A program made the translations under genes and the position numbers. This document shows positions 41,011 through 55,168 of a DNA stretch of 64,000 nt, one piece after another. This stretch comes from Octopus vulgaris. Lineage: Eukaryota. The notes beneath the pieces were generated by a model that was not told the origin of the DNA, did no database searches, and was given only the letters and a program-made list of their open reading frames with translations. Numbering within the stretch: the stretch's first letter is position 1; every line of letters starts with the position of its first letter. The stretch is taken from the NCBI GenBank assembly GCA_951406725.2, contig OX597814.1:190216001-190280000 (forward strand), read 5' to 3'.

Positions 41011-41173
41011 AGAGAATTTCAAATACTCACGAGGTATTGTAGATGTTCCAGTCTTTGAGAGTTATTTTTCCCCGTTGCTAAACTGGCCCATATTAGTGTT
41101 TCTATGGCTTTCAGCCACCGAACTGTCAGAGCAGTGAGGAACACGTCCAGCCGCTGTCAAGGCTGGCGCTCTT

Positions 41174-41284
<111 letters not shown>

Positions 41285-41312
41285 TTTATTATTTTTATTT
41301 TTTTTATTATTA

Positions 41313-41388
<76 letters not shown>

Positions 41389-41836
41389 CATCATTATCAT
41401 TATCATAGGCGGCAAGCTAGCAGAATTTTTTATCGCGTGGAACCACGATCTTTCGGGCGGTGTGGATGTTTTCAAGAACGAACCATTGTGATTACATATC
41501 TATCTTAGTCAACTTAAATACAGCTAACATGATGTCACTCGAACAAAGTTAAACTTTATTTTCCAACCATTTCAACAGCTTAAAAAAAACATCCACTTAT
41601 TCATTTATTTATCCAACTTATTTCTTTGTCCACAGTATAAGAACGAATTTATTATTCTAGATATCTTGTTCACAATAATATAAATCTACGTTCGTGTTCA
41701 TTAGATTTTCGAATTCGGTTTTATTAGACAGGTTTGTTAAACTGTTTTTCATCCCTGGTTTTGTAGTTTTCGTTTGTATGACTTCAGCTTTACTGAACAA
41801 AAGAAAAAAGCTTAGAATTGTTTCGGGGAGTTTTTG

Positions 41837-41894
<58 letters not shown>

Positions 41895-41981
41895 TAGTAA
41901 GATACAATAAAACAGAAAATATATCGTGCTTTCATCATGAAATTCTGTCCACTCCTCTAAATATATATACATATATATATT

Positions 41982-42084
<103 letters not shown>

Positions 42085-42900
42085 ATATATAAATATATAC
42101 ATGTCTATATATATATATACACACACATTTATATATACATATAAATATACACATCTATATACACACGCCTATATATACACACATCTACACACATCTATAT
42201 ATACACATATCTATATACATCTATATACACATCTATATACACATATTTATATATATATACACATCTATATATACATCTATATATATATATACATATATAC
42301 ACATTTATACGTACATACATATATACACATATACATATATACTTCTACATATACATATATATATATACACGTCTACATATACATTTATATTCACATCTAT
42401 ATATATACATATATATATATGAGATATATATATTATATATATATAATATATTCTTATATAAATGAATAAATACATACATACATACATACATACATACATA
42501 CATACATACATACATACATACATACATACATACATACATACAACTTTGACCAAACATAGTAATCCAGTACAACGAACAAAATACTCCGAAGAGTAAAATA
42601 GACACTCCGGAAAATGAAGTGGTGAAACCTAAAGGTCAACATGTCTGAGGACCTTCATGAAAGCTTATAGATACACGTGAGATGTGCTCAAATTCGATTT
42701 CGCTACAGTGTTCTGAATATAAGACATTATTTGTTCTGCATTGTTAGGGTTTACACGACCGAATCTCCAAGACGAGGTATTTACTCGTATTCATGTTATA
42801 AATTAGCGTATGTGCGTGTGCACGCGGCGGGGTTTTACATCTGTGTTTGTATGTTTATATGTATATGTGTGTGTGTGTTTTAATGCATATATATGATGTA

Positions 42901-42964
<64 letters not shown>

Positions 42965-43209
42965 GGTATGTAAATACACCAATACACACAAACATACAGA
43001 CACATAGACACACAAACATCCACACACACACACACACACATACACACATACACATACGTATATATATATATATATATATATAGTTTTTAACTGCAAATAA
43101 GTACGCTTTTGATTTATATAATATATATAGTAGAGAGATGCATATATAAATACATATATACATATCTATGTGCATTTTAGATATATTTATAAGTGCATAT
43201 TTATAAGGG

Positions 43210-43243
<34 letters not shown>

Positions 43244-43245
<2 letters not shown>

Positions 43246-43660
43246 TCTTTACTCTTTTACTTCTTTCAGTCATTTGATTGTGGCCATGCTGGAGCACCGC
43301 CTTTAGTCGAGCAAATCGACCCCAGGAGTTATTCTTTGTAAGCCTAGTACTTATTCTATGAGTCTCTTTTGCCGAACCGCTAAGTAACGGAGACCTAAAC
43401 ACACCACCATCGGTTGTCAAGCGATGTTGGGGGTACAAACACAGACACACAAACATATACACACACATACATACATATATACTTAGACATATATACGACG
43501 GGCTTCTTTCAGTTTCTGTCTACCAAATCCACTCACAAGGCTTTGGTCGGCCCGAGGCTATAGTAGAAGACGCTTGTCCAAGGTGCAACGCAGTGGGACT
43601 GAACCCGGAACCATGTGGTTGGTGAGCAAGCTACTTACCACAGAGCCACTCCTACGCCTA
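43244..43660 (-). mobile_element. SINE family A, full length
   Basis: Complete head to tail. Confidence 0.88.
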
Positions 43661-43726
43661 TTTATATATACGAGATGCATGTTATACATGTGTGCGTGTG
43701 TGTGTATAAGTATCAGTGCGTATATG

Positions 43727-44030
43727 TTAGTTAGTTAGTTAGTTAATTTGGCTCAAAAGCAAATAGCAAGGCCATGTAGGGGGACATGGAGTTAAGTACA
43801 GGGTGGTGTTCATGTAAAGAGTTCAGGCCACTTGAGGTCAAGGGAGGCTTTGAACAAAGCGGTCGTCGGCATCTTCACCATCTCGTCTGGCAGCTTGTTC
43901 CACGGATCCGCAACCCGGACGGAGATAGCTCCTCTCCTTCGATTGAGATGAAATCGTCGCAGGTAGAGCTTTTCGGAATGACCCCGCAGCCGGAGTACTT
44001 CTCTTATAAGGATGTGTGTTAAAGTCAAGC
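43727..44030 (-). pseudogene. CR1-group LINE 3' end with (TAAC)n tail
   Basis: LRGHSEKL..RRGAISVRVADPWNKLPDEMV..FKASLD. Confidence 0.85.
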
Positions 44031-44408
44031 CCGAACTAGATAGATCTATTTAACTTATATTTTATCTTTTACTTGTTTCAGATATTAGACTGCGACCATG
44101 CTGGGGCACTGCATTGAAGAATTTTCAGTTTCATGAATCGACCCTGGTACATTTTTTTTTTTTAGCCTGGTACTTATTCTAGCGAGCTCTTTTGCCGAAC
44201 CACTAAGGCGACGTAAACAAACCAATAGCGGTTGTAAAGTGGGGGAGGGCAAACACAGCTACAAAGACAGACAAACACACGCACACACACACACACACAT
44301 ACACACACACACATACATAGTTGAAATTTACATTAAAACAAAAGATGGAGACAGGTGTGTAAACAACAGACAGGTGTATTAGTTTAACGTTCGGGAAGGT
44401 GAGAAAGT

Positions 44409-44444
44409 CTTTTACGTTTCGAACCTACGCTCTTCAACAGAAAG
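44409..44444 (-). ncRNA. Minimal type I hammerhead-like motif
   Basis: Reverse complement: cttt CTGTTGA a GAGC-gtag-GTTC GAAAC GTA aaag; A6U core variant; palindromic ACGT stem III. Confidence 0.6.
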
Positions 44445-45451
44445 GAACACGATATATACACACACGGTAGGCTTCTTTCCTCTACCATATCCACTCACAA
44501 GGCTTTAGTTACGGGGGTGTAAACATACCAGCATCGGTTATGAAGCGATGTTGTGAGGACAAACACACACAAACATATACACACACGTACATATATATAT
44601 ATATATACGACGGGCTTCTTTCAGTTTCCGTCAACCAAATCCACTCACAAGGCTTTGGTCGGCCCGAGCCTATAGTAGAAAACACTTACCCAAGGTGCTA
44701 CGCAATGGGACTGAACCCGGAACAATGTGGTTGGTAAGCAATCTACTTACCACACAGCCACTCCAGATAACATGTAACTTAAAACAACCTGTTGCATGTT
44801 CGGGCCGTCGGCGAAAAGAGGGTGTTTTTCATTGAACACCATGAAGGGCGAAAAACAAAACTTCCAAAGGGCGGATGAACGCAGAAGAATCAAATGCCAT
44901 CTAACAGCTGGGAATGAGGGACCTAGTCGTTTTTTAAATATCAGTCTTGGAGAAGGAAAACTCTAGTGTTAACCTACTACTTCGTTTGCACCCGATGATG
45001 TAAATGAACTCTTCTTTGGGAACAACTACATACATCGTTTAAAGAATAGGATTGACTCTGTGCAAGGCCTTTCTTCACTTTAATAAGCTTCAGGCATAAG
45101 CATCGCTTATTTTTTTTTAACATCTCTATTATGTGTCTGCATACTATGGCTGGCTATAGCCGAGAAAGAAAGACAAATCCTCCAATGAAAAATCCCATAA
45201 TAAAATGTGGATGGGTGTCAGTATGGAGGGGTGAGTTCTCTGAACACTGACTGTAAGAGATGTCCATCGTTGCTACCTCTGTACAAGAGAGTGTAGGTCC
45301 CTGACAGAACAGAATAGCTACATTTGTGCTGTTCATGTTTATAAGAACAAGCGCTAATGACGTAACTTGAAATCGAGTTGCAGCCATGATGCGTGTGTGT
45401 ATGAATACATACATACTTACAGACAGACAGGCAGACATATAAGTAGGTAGG

Positions 45452-45527
<76 letters not shown>

Positions 45528-45548
45528 CTGACAGGCAGACAGACAGAC

Positions 45549-45697
<149 letters not shown>

Positions 45698-45904
45698 TGA
45701 AGACATGATGTGTAAAATATGATCAAATGAAGCACATTTGATCATATGAAGTCGAACGCTATACTACACCGTTCCCAATTATCGAAGTGACATCGTTCTG
45801 CTTTACGATTCAGGCCAAGCAAAAACTGAATTAGTCTTTTCCATTCAAAAGAAATTGTCATTGTGTATAAAAATTAGGTTTTCCTCACCGACTACAAAGT
45901 CTGT

Positions 45905-45964
<60 letters not shown>

Positions 45965-46582
45965 TCTCTTATGAATTTTAAACTGCTGTACAAACTATTC
46001 TCAAAAGCAGAATGGAATAAAACTTCACAAAACAGAATTACAAAAGCTTTTTACATAATCCAACATTCTAAAATTTAGTTAATATATACACGAATCATTG
46101 ATCTCCAAAAGTGCTCTACTTTAACTCTAGTTTCTATACAGAAAACATAAATATTTCCCTCTGGAGAGAACATGAGCCCATGAGAGCTAAGTTTGCTCTT
46201 AAAGAAGGGCAGCAACTACTTGTTATTGCTACCATAGACGTAGTAGATTCGTCCTAAAATACCTTATTTTCTAATATTCTCCAATAAAAGGCTCAGCAAA
46301 AAACATGTCCTCTTATCACTTTTATCACAGCAATAAGTACTTTTAATTGGATTTTTAATGCGCAATACAGTAATTATGTGAACTCAAACTTAACTATTGA
46401 TTTCGTTGGGATGGCGTCAATGAGTAACTGACTGCACTATTTTTTTTTTTTTTTATCATTCTAAATATGCTAATTTGTCAGGCTTAATCTTGTATAATAT
46501 TGATTGCCAATCAGATTTCAAAGTTAGCTTTGCTTTCTTTCATCCTTTCAGGGCCGATATAAAAAAAAGTACCAGTCCGGGA

Positions 46583-46817
46583 CGGCGGCGAGCTGGCAGA
46601 AACGTTAGCACGCCGGGCGAAATGCGTAGCCGTATTTCGTCTGCCATTACGTTCTGAGTTCAAATTCCGCCGAGGTCGACTTTGCCTTTCATCCTTTCGG
46701 GGTCGATAAATTAAGTACCAATTACGCACTGGGGTCGATATAATCGACTTAATCCGTTTTTCTGTCCTTGTTTGTCCTCTCTGTGTTTATCCCCTTGTGG
46801 GTAGTAAAGAAATAGAT
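46583..46817 (+). mobile_element. SINE family B monomer with TSD, nested in an older SINE
   Basis: Direct repeat aaaaagtaccagtcc at ~46563 and ~46821. Confidence 0.88.
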
Positions 46818-46959
46818 ATGAAAAAGTACCAGTCCAGTGTGATATGTTGCCGGGATTGTTAGAAGGTAGCACAAGGTACTTTGCGATATCTGATCTGGTG
46901 TAGTGATTTGAGATTACCCCACCATCACCACCACCACCATTCAGCTTATCTCCAGGTAA

Positions 46960-47560
46960 CTTGAAATCATCTGCTCTCCAATTATCTATTTGAGGTTGTA
47001 TATGGCTATGGCACGGCCACACTTGAAATTTGCATCACCAGACTGGAACCCGTATCTTGCTCAGGACATTGACCTCCTGGAAACTGTTCAGAGACGTGCA
47101 ACCAAGCGATTACCCTCCATCAGGCATCTGCCATACTCTGAACGCCTTACTTCCCTGGGCATAGATACATTGAAGCTCCGAAATTATTAACGATCGTGCT
47201 GACAACCACCTTGAGCACCTTGTTGAGCTCCATGCGTCTAACACATGTGGGCATGCCTACAAAGTCAGAAAACGGCACAGCTCCCATGACTTTCAGAAAC
47301 ATTTTTTTTTCTTACTCAGAGTTGCTGAAGCATATAACAAACTACCTGCATCAGTTGTTAGCTGCCGAGACATTGTATCTTTTAAAACCTCCATGCTTCC
47401 TGAGATTCACCAACACTACACCTGATATCTCCCACATGTATATCATGGCTCATACACTGTTCACTTTTCCTGACTTTTGTACATAATTCTATGTACTGTA
47501 CGTCCACCTTTGATGTGTTGTAGTGCACCTGAGCACTATACACAATAATTTCATTATTAT
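46960..47560 (+). pseudogene. CR1-group LINE 3' fragment
   Basis: LYMAMARPHLKFASPDWNPYLAQDIDLLETVQRRATKRLPSIRHLPYSERL; short (TTA) tail. Confidence 0.88.
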
Positions 47561-47585
47561 TATTTATCTTTCACTACTCTCAAGC

Positions 47586-48032
47586 AAAGGCGAGTCACTG
47601 GCGCCTTAAAACCAGTTGCTTCGGGTAGTTGGGACTCGATAGCCTTGACTGGCAGCCCAACTAGGAGAGGGAAATTCCGATTTCAAACCTCCGCTGCCTT
47701 GCGGCAAGACCCCCTCCTGGGGAAGGATAAGGGAGTAAACCCCGACAGAAAATCCGGAGCTGGAGTCCCTAAGGCGGCCTGACACAACACGTCATCACCG
47801 GCAACTCCTGCGATGCATCTGGTACCAAGCTGTATCGACCCGTCGTTCCCTTGGAGCTACCAGCTGCGTGGAGAGGGCAGGGGGTCAAACTGCATGGGCA
47901 ACAGCTGATCCCTCATACAAACCTGCCCCACGCCTTGTAGCTCAACAGGAAGGAAGTGCAGATAAAACCCACCACCTTTTCCGAGCTACACCATCGTCTC
48001 TCGAGACGGACGGATGCGGACGACGACGACTC
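47586..48032 (+). mobile_element. Bipartite non-autonomous RTE derivative (5' UTR-like part plus 3' tail)
   Basis: RTE 5'UTR-like ctaggagagggaaattccgatttcaaacctccgctgccttgcggc; 3' end ccatcgtctctcgagacggacggatgc+(GAC)n matches the tail of the RTE at 58785-58820. Confidence 0.7.
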
Positions 48033-48052
48033 TCAGGTTCTCGCTTCTGTGC

Positions 48053-48495
<443 letters not shown>

Positions 48496-49007
48496 TGCCT
48501 CACAGAATAATGTGCCACTGAAAGGTAGTAATATGCAGAAGAGTATTTCTCAACGGAACAGTACAAAATACAAAATCTACACAGAAGTAGATCTACAACT
48601 AACCGAGTGAAGAGTTTGCAGTGTTTTCCTATAGAAAAAAATATTATATTCAGTACTACTATTGTATGCCAAGTAGTATTTCGATTTCTACACAGCATTA
48701 TATGCAAGAAATACACCAGTAAGGAACGGAAATTCCATACTACAATTGAATTTCCCAGTGGAGGGCTTATCTCAATTTATACACGCAAATAAAGATATAA
48801 ACACACACAAACATATGCACATATGTACATATAGTGTGTGTGTGTGTGAGTGTGTGTGTGTGTGTGTGAGTGTGTGTGTGAGTGTGTGTGAGTGTGTGAG
48901 TGTGTGTGAGTGTGTGTGTGTGTGTCTGTGAGTGAGTGTGTGTGTGTGTGTGTGTGTGAGTGAGTGTGTGTGTGTGAGTGTGTGTGTGTGAGTGTGTGTG
49001 TGTGTGT

Positions 49008-49133
<126 letters not shown>

Positions 49134-49242
49134 CTTAAATAAACGTTGCCTGTCTGCTCAGAATTTAAACCCAGGCTCGTCTTTGTGCGACTTTATCATC
49201 ATGTTTCACCAATCTTTCATTATGATCTCTATACACACACAC

Positions 49243-49273
<31 letters not shown>

Positions 49274-49374
49274 AATATATACAAACATATGTGTGCGTGT
49301 GTGTGTACATATGAAGGGACACAGACAGACAGACGGACAGAGAGGTAGAGACATACAGAGAGATAGATGGACAC

Positions 49375-49429
<55 letters not shown>

Positions 49430-49492
49430 CAGATAGATAGACAGACAGACAGACACAGGCATACATACATACATACATAAATACGTATATAC

Positions 49493-49571
<79 letters not shown>

Positions 49572-49722
49572 AATTCCCGACCACATAGTTCCGGGTTCAG
49601 TCCCACCGCATGGCACCTTGGGCAAGTATATTTTGCTACAACTTCGAGGCAACCAAAGCTTTGAGAGTGGATTAGGTATACGAAGTCAGAAAAAAGCCCG
49701 TGTGTGTCCATATATATATATA

Positions 49723-50813
49723 CTAGCAGTATCACCCGCTGTTGCTTGGGTTTGTTTCGACCCTTTAGAATTGGAATTTTTGAAAAGTAAAAATTTTGCA
49801 TTATCCAACTTGTTATTCTCTTCAAGTGAACATTTTCTCAGTTGAAATACACTGACAAATGGTGACACAGCAGTCAAAAATCGTAAAAAATAGGGATTTT
49901 CATAGAAAAAAAGCACCTTTTTGATGTAAATAATTTTTGGTGTTAACATGGTCCGATTTGAATTTTTTCCTCTACAGAATGAAGAGCAAGCCTTCTTCTA
50001 CCATACTCTCAATTTTGGTCAACTTGCGCAGCAGGGTCTCGAAGGAGATAGTGTTAGTTGAAGGCTACCAACCCTGCCACACACAGACAACTTCAGCTTT
50101 ATATATATAGATTTGCTACACACTACTTTCCATCCTTAATAATGAAACTTGGTAGACCCAAATATTAAACACACAGACACACGCAGATACACACACAGAC
50201 ACACAAGTTGAGTTTTATAGATATAGATTTCTCAACGGGGATTTCAGGGGAGAGTTTCAGGGAGTCGCTGGCGATGTATCGTGATGATCAAAAATCCGGC
50301 CTGCTAAAATTTGGTTAAAGTGATTCAAACTGCAGACTCAATGCAAAATGGTCACATTTAATTCAAAGCGTTAAAAATGTTATGAAAACAATTGGTATGT
50401 GTTCACAAAGTCCAAACGATTAATACGAAAAAACCCTCCAGGCTACATCCCGAAAATTCATTTCTTTGCCGAATTTCTACAATGTTTACGGCGATTCGTT
50501 TTTATATCTTGATTTTTTTTATTTTTCATGCAATTTACGCATGCTTGCACGCGTAGTGAACACAGTTCACGTCAAACAGCAGACTGAGTAAAGTTCACTA
50601 TTCAATGCATGGCCTAAACAAACACATTATCGATTTTGGCACTTGCGAGATGAATTTCGGAACAGAAATAGGGCAGCTCAATTTTCATTCGCCTAAACTT
50701 TAAGTGACCCATTTTTGGTGATTCTACGATTTGTTGGCCAGGAGGAGATGTGCTGGGAAGTTAAACACACAGATACACACACAGACACACAAGTTGAGTT
50801 TTATATATATAGA
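49723..50813 (-). mobile_element. Compound non-autonomous Helitron-like element
   Basis: 3' CTAG and hairpin at 49723-49752; three TC-TATAT..AAAA-type 5' termini at ~50111, ~50227 and ~50813. Confidence 0.7.
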
Positions 50814-50942
50814 TATATATAAGAAGGGATGGTATTATTGAAATATCATCCCCATGCCTGTAGTAGACTTGTGACTGTTCTGTTGCACAAAAGTATTTTT
50901 GACTTCTATTTTTAGCGATGTAGATGCTCATGTAGTGCCCTC

Positions 50943-50997
<55 letters not shown>

Positions 50998-51331
50998 ATG
51001 TGATTATTCTATTAATTTGCCTATATATATACATTTGTATAATTGTATCTTTATGTATGTATGTGTGTGTGTAAGTATTCATGTGTGTGTGTCTCTTTGC
51101 ATCAGTGTTTGTCGCCCACCACCGCTTGACAACTGGTGTTGGTGTGTTTACGTCCCCGTAACTTAATGGTTCAGCAAAAAGAGACTGATAATAAGTACTA
51201 ACTAGGCTTAAAATAGTAAGTCCTGAGGTCGATTTGCTCGACTAACCCTTCAAGGCGCTGCTACAGTATAACCACAGTCAAATCACTGAAACAATTAATA
51301 GAAAAGATAAGATACATACATACATGCATAC

Positions 51332-51430
<99 letters not shown>

Positions 51431-52000
51431 AGGAAAACGCGCCCCCCGTCCAATGGACGGTGCTGAATCATATCTGCTGAATAAAAAGTTATGTTATCTT
51501 TTCATTAAAAAATAATTAAGCATGCCTTTATTTCAATAAAATTTTGGGTTTTGTTAAACGAAGTTAAGGTAAAAAAAAAAACTTCTTGAGAAACCAAATA
51601 GTCTTTCCTTCCTTCATGCCAAGTTTGAAGAAAATATCTTTTGCATCTTACTTTTTTTGGTCACTTAAATATACTGCATTTTGTGGCATTATTTCAAGCC
51701 ACCCGGCTTTTTTGCGCATACTGCGCGTGCATTTTACTCGCGTACGCGTAGTATCGATCGCAGCAGCCGATGTATTTGCGCGTAGAAATCCACGCTCCCA
51801 CGGCTTTATCGTCGCATTCTCACCTGGAATCAATTTTTGTAAATTTTTTTTCAAGACTTATACACGTCCTGATACCGTCGGTATCTACATATCAAATTTG
51901 AGCGCAATCGGATGGAGGATGCCCGAGATCCTAGAAGACACACACACAGACACACACAGACAAAACGGATTTTATATAATATATATATATATATATATAT

Positions 52001-52633
52001 AATTTCAACAATTGAGGGTAAAATTAATTAATTATTAATCAATTTCACCAAGTATTCAGTATGTAAAGGGACCATTTAAGGCGAATTCAAATTATTACAT
52101 TATATAAAAGGGCTTAGTAAAATAAATTACTTTGCCACATACTGAACTCATTAGAAATAGTAGCTAAAAAAACTTTTTTAAAAACTATTTCTAATACTTA
52201 AAGAAAATCTCTCTCATATAGTGTTTGCTCAATTCAACTCACGAAAGTATGGGGGTAAAGACATTAAAAAATCAAATGCAAAGGTTATTTGAGAACGTAC
52301 GTTTCAAGATTAGTCAACTCGACATTTCTATCATCAGCTCAGAACTCCTTGGTTTGGATTTGAAAACACTGAAAGTGGGAGCATACCCTTTCGGCTTCTT
52401 ATCGCTTCTGAAGATCTGCTCGAAACTAACAGTGCCAGCAAACCCAAAATATGCAAGCGAAGAATTTCTGCTCTCCCCTTTCCACCAGCGTGGGTTAAAA
52501 TCAGTAAACACTATGCTTTAAGTATTTCTTTAAGTATTAGAAATAGTTTTAAAAAGTTTTTTTTAGCTACTATTTCTAATGAGTTCAGTATGTGGCAAAG
52601 TAATTTATTTTACTAAGCCCTTTTATATAATGT

Positions 52634-52634
<1 letters not shown>
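52001..52634 (-). mobile_element. Penelope-type non-autonomous element with asymmetric inverted repeat and hammerhead
   Basis: ~110-bp inverted repeat (52096-52205 vs 52526-52634); (TA)n flanks; hammerhead at 52290-52341. Confidence 0.65.
52290..52341 (-). ncRNA. Type I hammerhead ribozyme motif
   Basis: Reverse complement: tgag CTGATGA taga-aat-gtc-gagtt-gac-taa-tctt GAAAC GTAC GTT ctca; palindromic AACGTACGTT stem III; closing pair of stem II is U-U. Confidence 0.65.
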
Positions 52635-52680
<46 letters not shown>

Positions 52681-52685
<5 letters not shown>

Positions 52686-52978
52686 ATAAAATCGTTAATC
52701 TAAAAAAAAAATAAAGATTTTATCAAGTGGTCAACATGGAAAAAATAACCTTCAAATGTAATAATTATTAAAATTATAAATTAGGGTATCCACGAGATAC
52801 CACCATGCTGAAAATAGCAGCCATGATCTGGCTTTAATTTTTTACTAGTTTCATCTTATCTCTTTGTTTTTTTTCTCCGTGTTGATATACGGACAATTTT
52901 AGGTGGTTTTAAAGTCAGATCATGGCTGCTATTTTCAGCATGGTGGTATCTCGTAGATACCTTAATTTATAATTTTAT
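52681..52978. mobile_element. Short fold-back element (Penelope-type inverted structure)
   Basis: ~68-bp inverted repeat 52770-52837 vs 52909-52977; TA-rich flanks. Confidence 0.55.
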
Positions 52979-52985
52979 ATGTATA

Positions 52986-53405
52986 TAGGCGCAGGAGTGG
53001 CTGTGTGGTAAGTAGTTTGCTAACCAGCCACATGGTTCCGGGTTCAGTCCCACTACGTGGCATCTTGGGCAAGTGTCTTCTGCTATAGCCCCGGGCCGAC
53101 CAATGCCTTGTGAGTGGATTTGGTAGACGGAAACTGAAAGAAGCCTGTCGTATATATGTATATATATATATGTATGTATGTGTGTGTGTGTGTTTGTGTG
53201 TCTGTGTTTGTTCCCCTAGCATTGCTTGACAACCGATGCTGGTGTGTTTACGTCCCCGTCACCTAGCGGTTCGGCAAAAAGAGACTGATAGAATAAGTAC
53301 TGGGCTTACAAAAAGAATAAGTCCCGGGGTCGAGTTGCTCGACTAAAAGGCGGTGCTCCAGCATGGCCGCAGTCAAAATGACTGAAACAAGTAAAAGAAT
53401 AAAAG
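52986..53405 (+). mobile_element. SINE family A, full length
   Basis: Complete head, internal microsatellite and tail. Confidence 0.9.
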
Positions 53406-53407
53406 AG

Positions 53408-53478
<71 letters not shown>

Positions 53479-54084
53479 TGGGGTGAAGAAAAAGGAGAGA
53501 AATTATAAATGAAAGTGAGGGAAATAGGTGGAAGGAAGAAATTGAATGAGAACAGGAGGTAATTCTGGATATTACGTGAGTTTATTATTTGTCTATATAA
53601 TTTGACTTTGCGTAAACAAATAGTTAACGTGAGAGAGCTGAAAGTTTTCCAGTTTTTGTACATATATATTTTTCTTGCACTTCAGCAAAATGCTCGAACC
53701 ACGGTAGTAACTTTAATAGATTAAACTCTGGATTAAAAGCAAGTTTAGTTTTTTTTTTTTTTTTAGTTTTGCTTCTTTTTTAAAAAAAAAAAATTTTGTT
53801 CGTTTTCTCTATTTGTCGTTATGGGTTTTTGTGTTGTTTTTGTTGCTTCTTTAGTTGGGCCTTATTTTAGTTTGTTTTGTTTTGTTTTGTTTTTTTTAGC
53901 CTTTTTTTTTTTGTTTGTTTGTTCATCCCTGGAAAGTTACAAGAGAAAAAAAAGTATTCATGAGCTTTTGGAATCAAATTTCAAGCAGGCATATGATGAG
54001 GAGATAACGAATCAGAAAGTGAGATTAAAGGAAAGATAGTAAGGAGAAAAGAGAGAGAGAGAGAGAGAGAGAGACATGAAAGAG

Positions 54085-54460
54085 AGAAGAAGAAAAAGAA
54101 GAACAACAACGACGACAAGAAGAAGAAGAAGAAGAAGAAGAAGAAGAAGAAGAAGAAGAAGAAGAAAAAGACGAAGACGAAGACGACGAAGACGAAGACG
54201 ACGACGAAGACGAAGAAGAAGAAGAAGAAGAAGAAGAAGAAGAAGAAGAAGAAGAAGAAGAAGAAGAAGAAGAAGAAGAAGAAGAAGAAGAAGAAGAAAA
54301 AGACGAAGACGAAGACGACGACGAAGACGAAGAAGAAGAAGAAGAAGAAAAAGAAGAAGAAGAAGAAGAAGAAGAAGAAGAAGAAGAAGAAGAAGAAGAA
54401 GAAGAAGAAGAAGAAGAAGAAGAAGAAGAAGAAGAAGAAGAAGAAGAAGAAGAAGAAGAA
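54085..54460. repeat. (AAG)n/(ACG)n compound trinucleotide repeat
   Basis: Seen directly; the interruption block aaaagacgaagacgaagacgacg recurs at ~54165 and ~54297. Confidence 0.95.
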
Positions 54461-54917
54461 ATGCACTTCCATGATAATATCGAAAAAAAGGAAGAAAATA
54501 AATTGATAATATCTGTTGCCCATGGTGAAGCCAAAAGTGGCCGCTTCTAGATAAAGTTGCATTGATTAAAAAATAAATAGATAAATAAATAAAATAAAAT
54601 TTACAGTAAAAAAAATTTTTTTTTTTTTCTAAAACGAAATTATAGAAAAGAAAAGCTAAAAAGTAAAGCACTGGTATTTGTAAACAACTGCTGTTTTGCT
54701 GTTAAGATCTACGACTACTGAAAAAAGTGCTGACAAATGCTGCAAACAGTTTTCTCTGTATCTTTAGGTTTCGGAAATGTAATCAGAACTCTGGTGCAAG
54801 GAAATACAAACTTCATTCATACGTACGTACATACATACGTGGGTACGTACGTACATACATACGTACAAGCTTCATATACAATAACTACATACATACATAC
54901 ATACATACATACATACA

Positions 54918-54949
<32 letters not shown>

Positions 54950-55168
54950 CTAGGGGGTGCTGAAAAGTTCCTGGCCTTGGGTAAAAAAAAATACAGGAGG
55001 ATCAGTTAATTATGATTTTATTCAACATATTCCCTCTTCTCATATTCACTCATTTGTTGTAGCGGTTCTCCAGTTTTTCTAAGCCCTGTAAAAGAACCCC
55101 AAAGGTTGGGCCTCCAACCAGGCCTTTAGCGATACCCTTTAAACCAGGAACTTTTCAGCATCCTAACG
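54950..55168. mobile_element. Mariner-type MITE (second copy)
   Basis: TIR core tgctgaaaagttcctgg / ccaggaacttttcagca, TA flanks, homologous to 28886-29103. Confidence 0.75.

Noticed and set aside
42640-42675. CTGAGGA..GAAAG hammerhead-like boxes
   Set aside because: No stem II and no convincing stem I.
52405-52435. Plus-strand CTGAAGA..GAAAC motif
   Set aside because: The intervening tctgctc cannot form stem II and there is no valid NUH triplet with a stem I.
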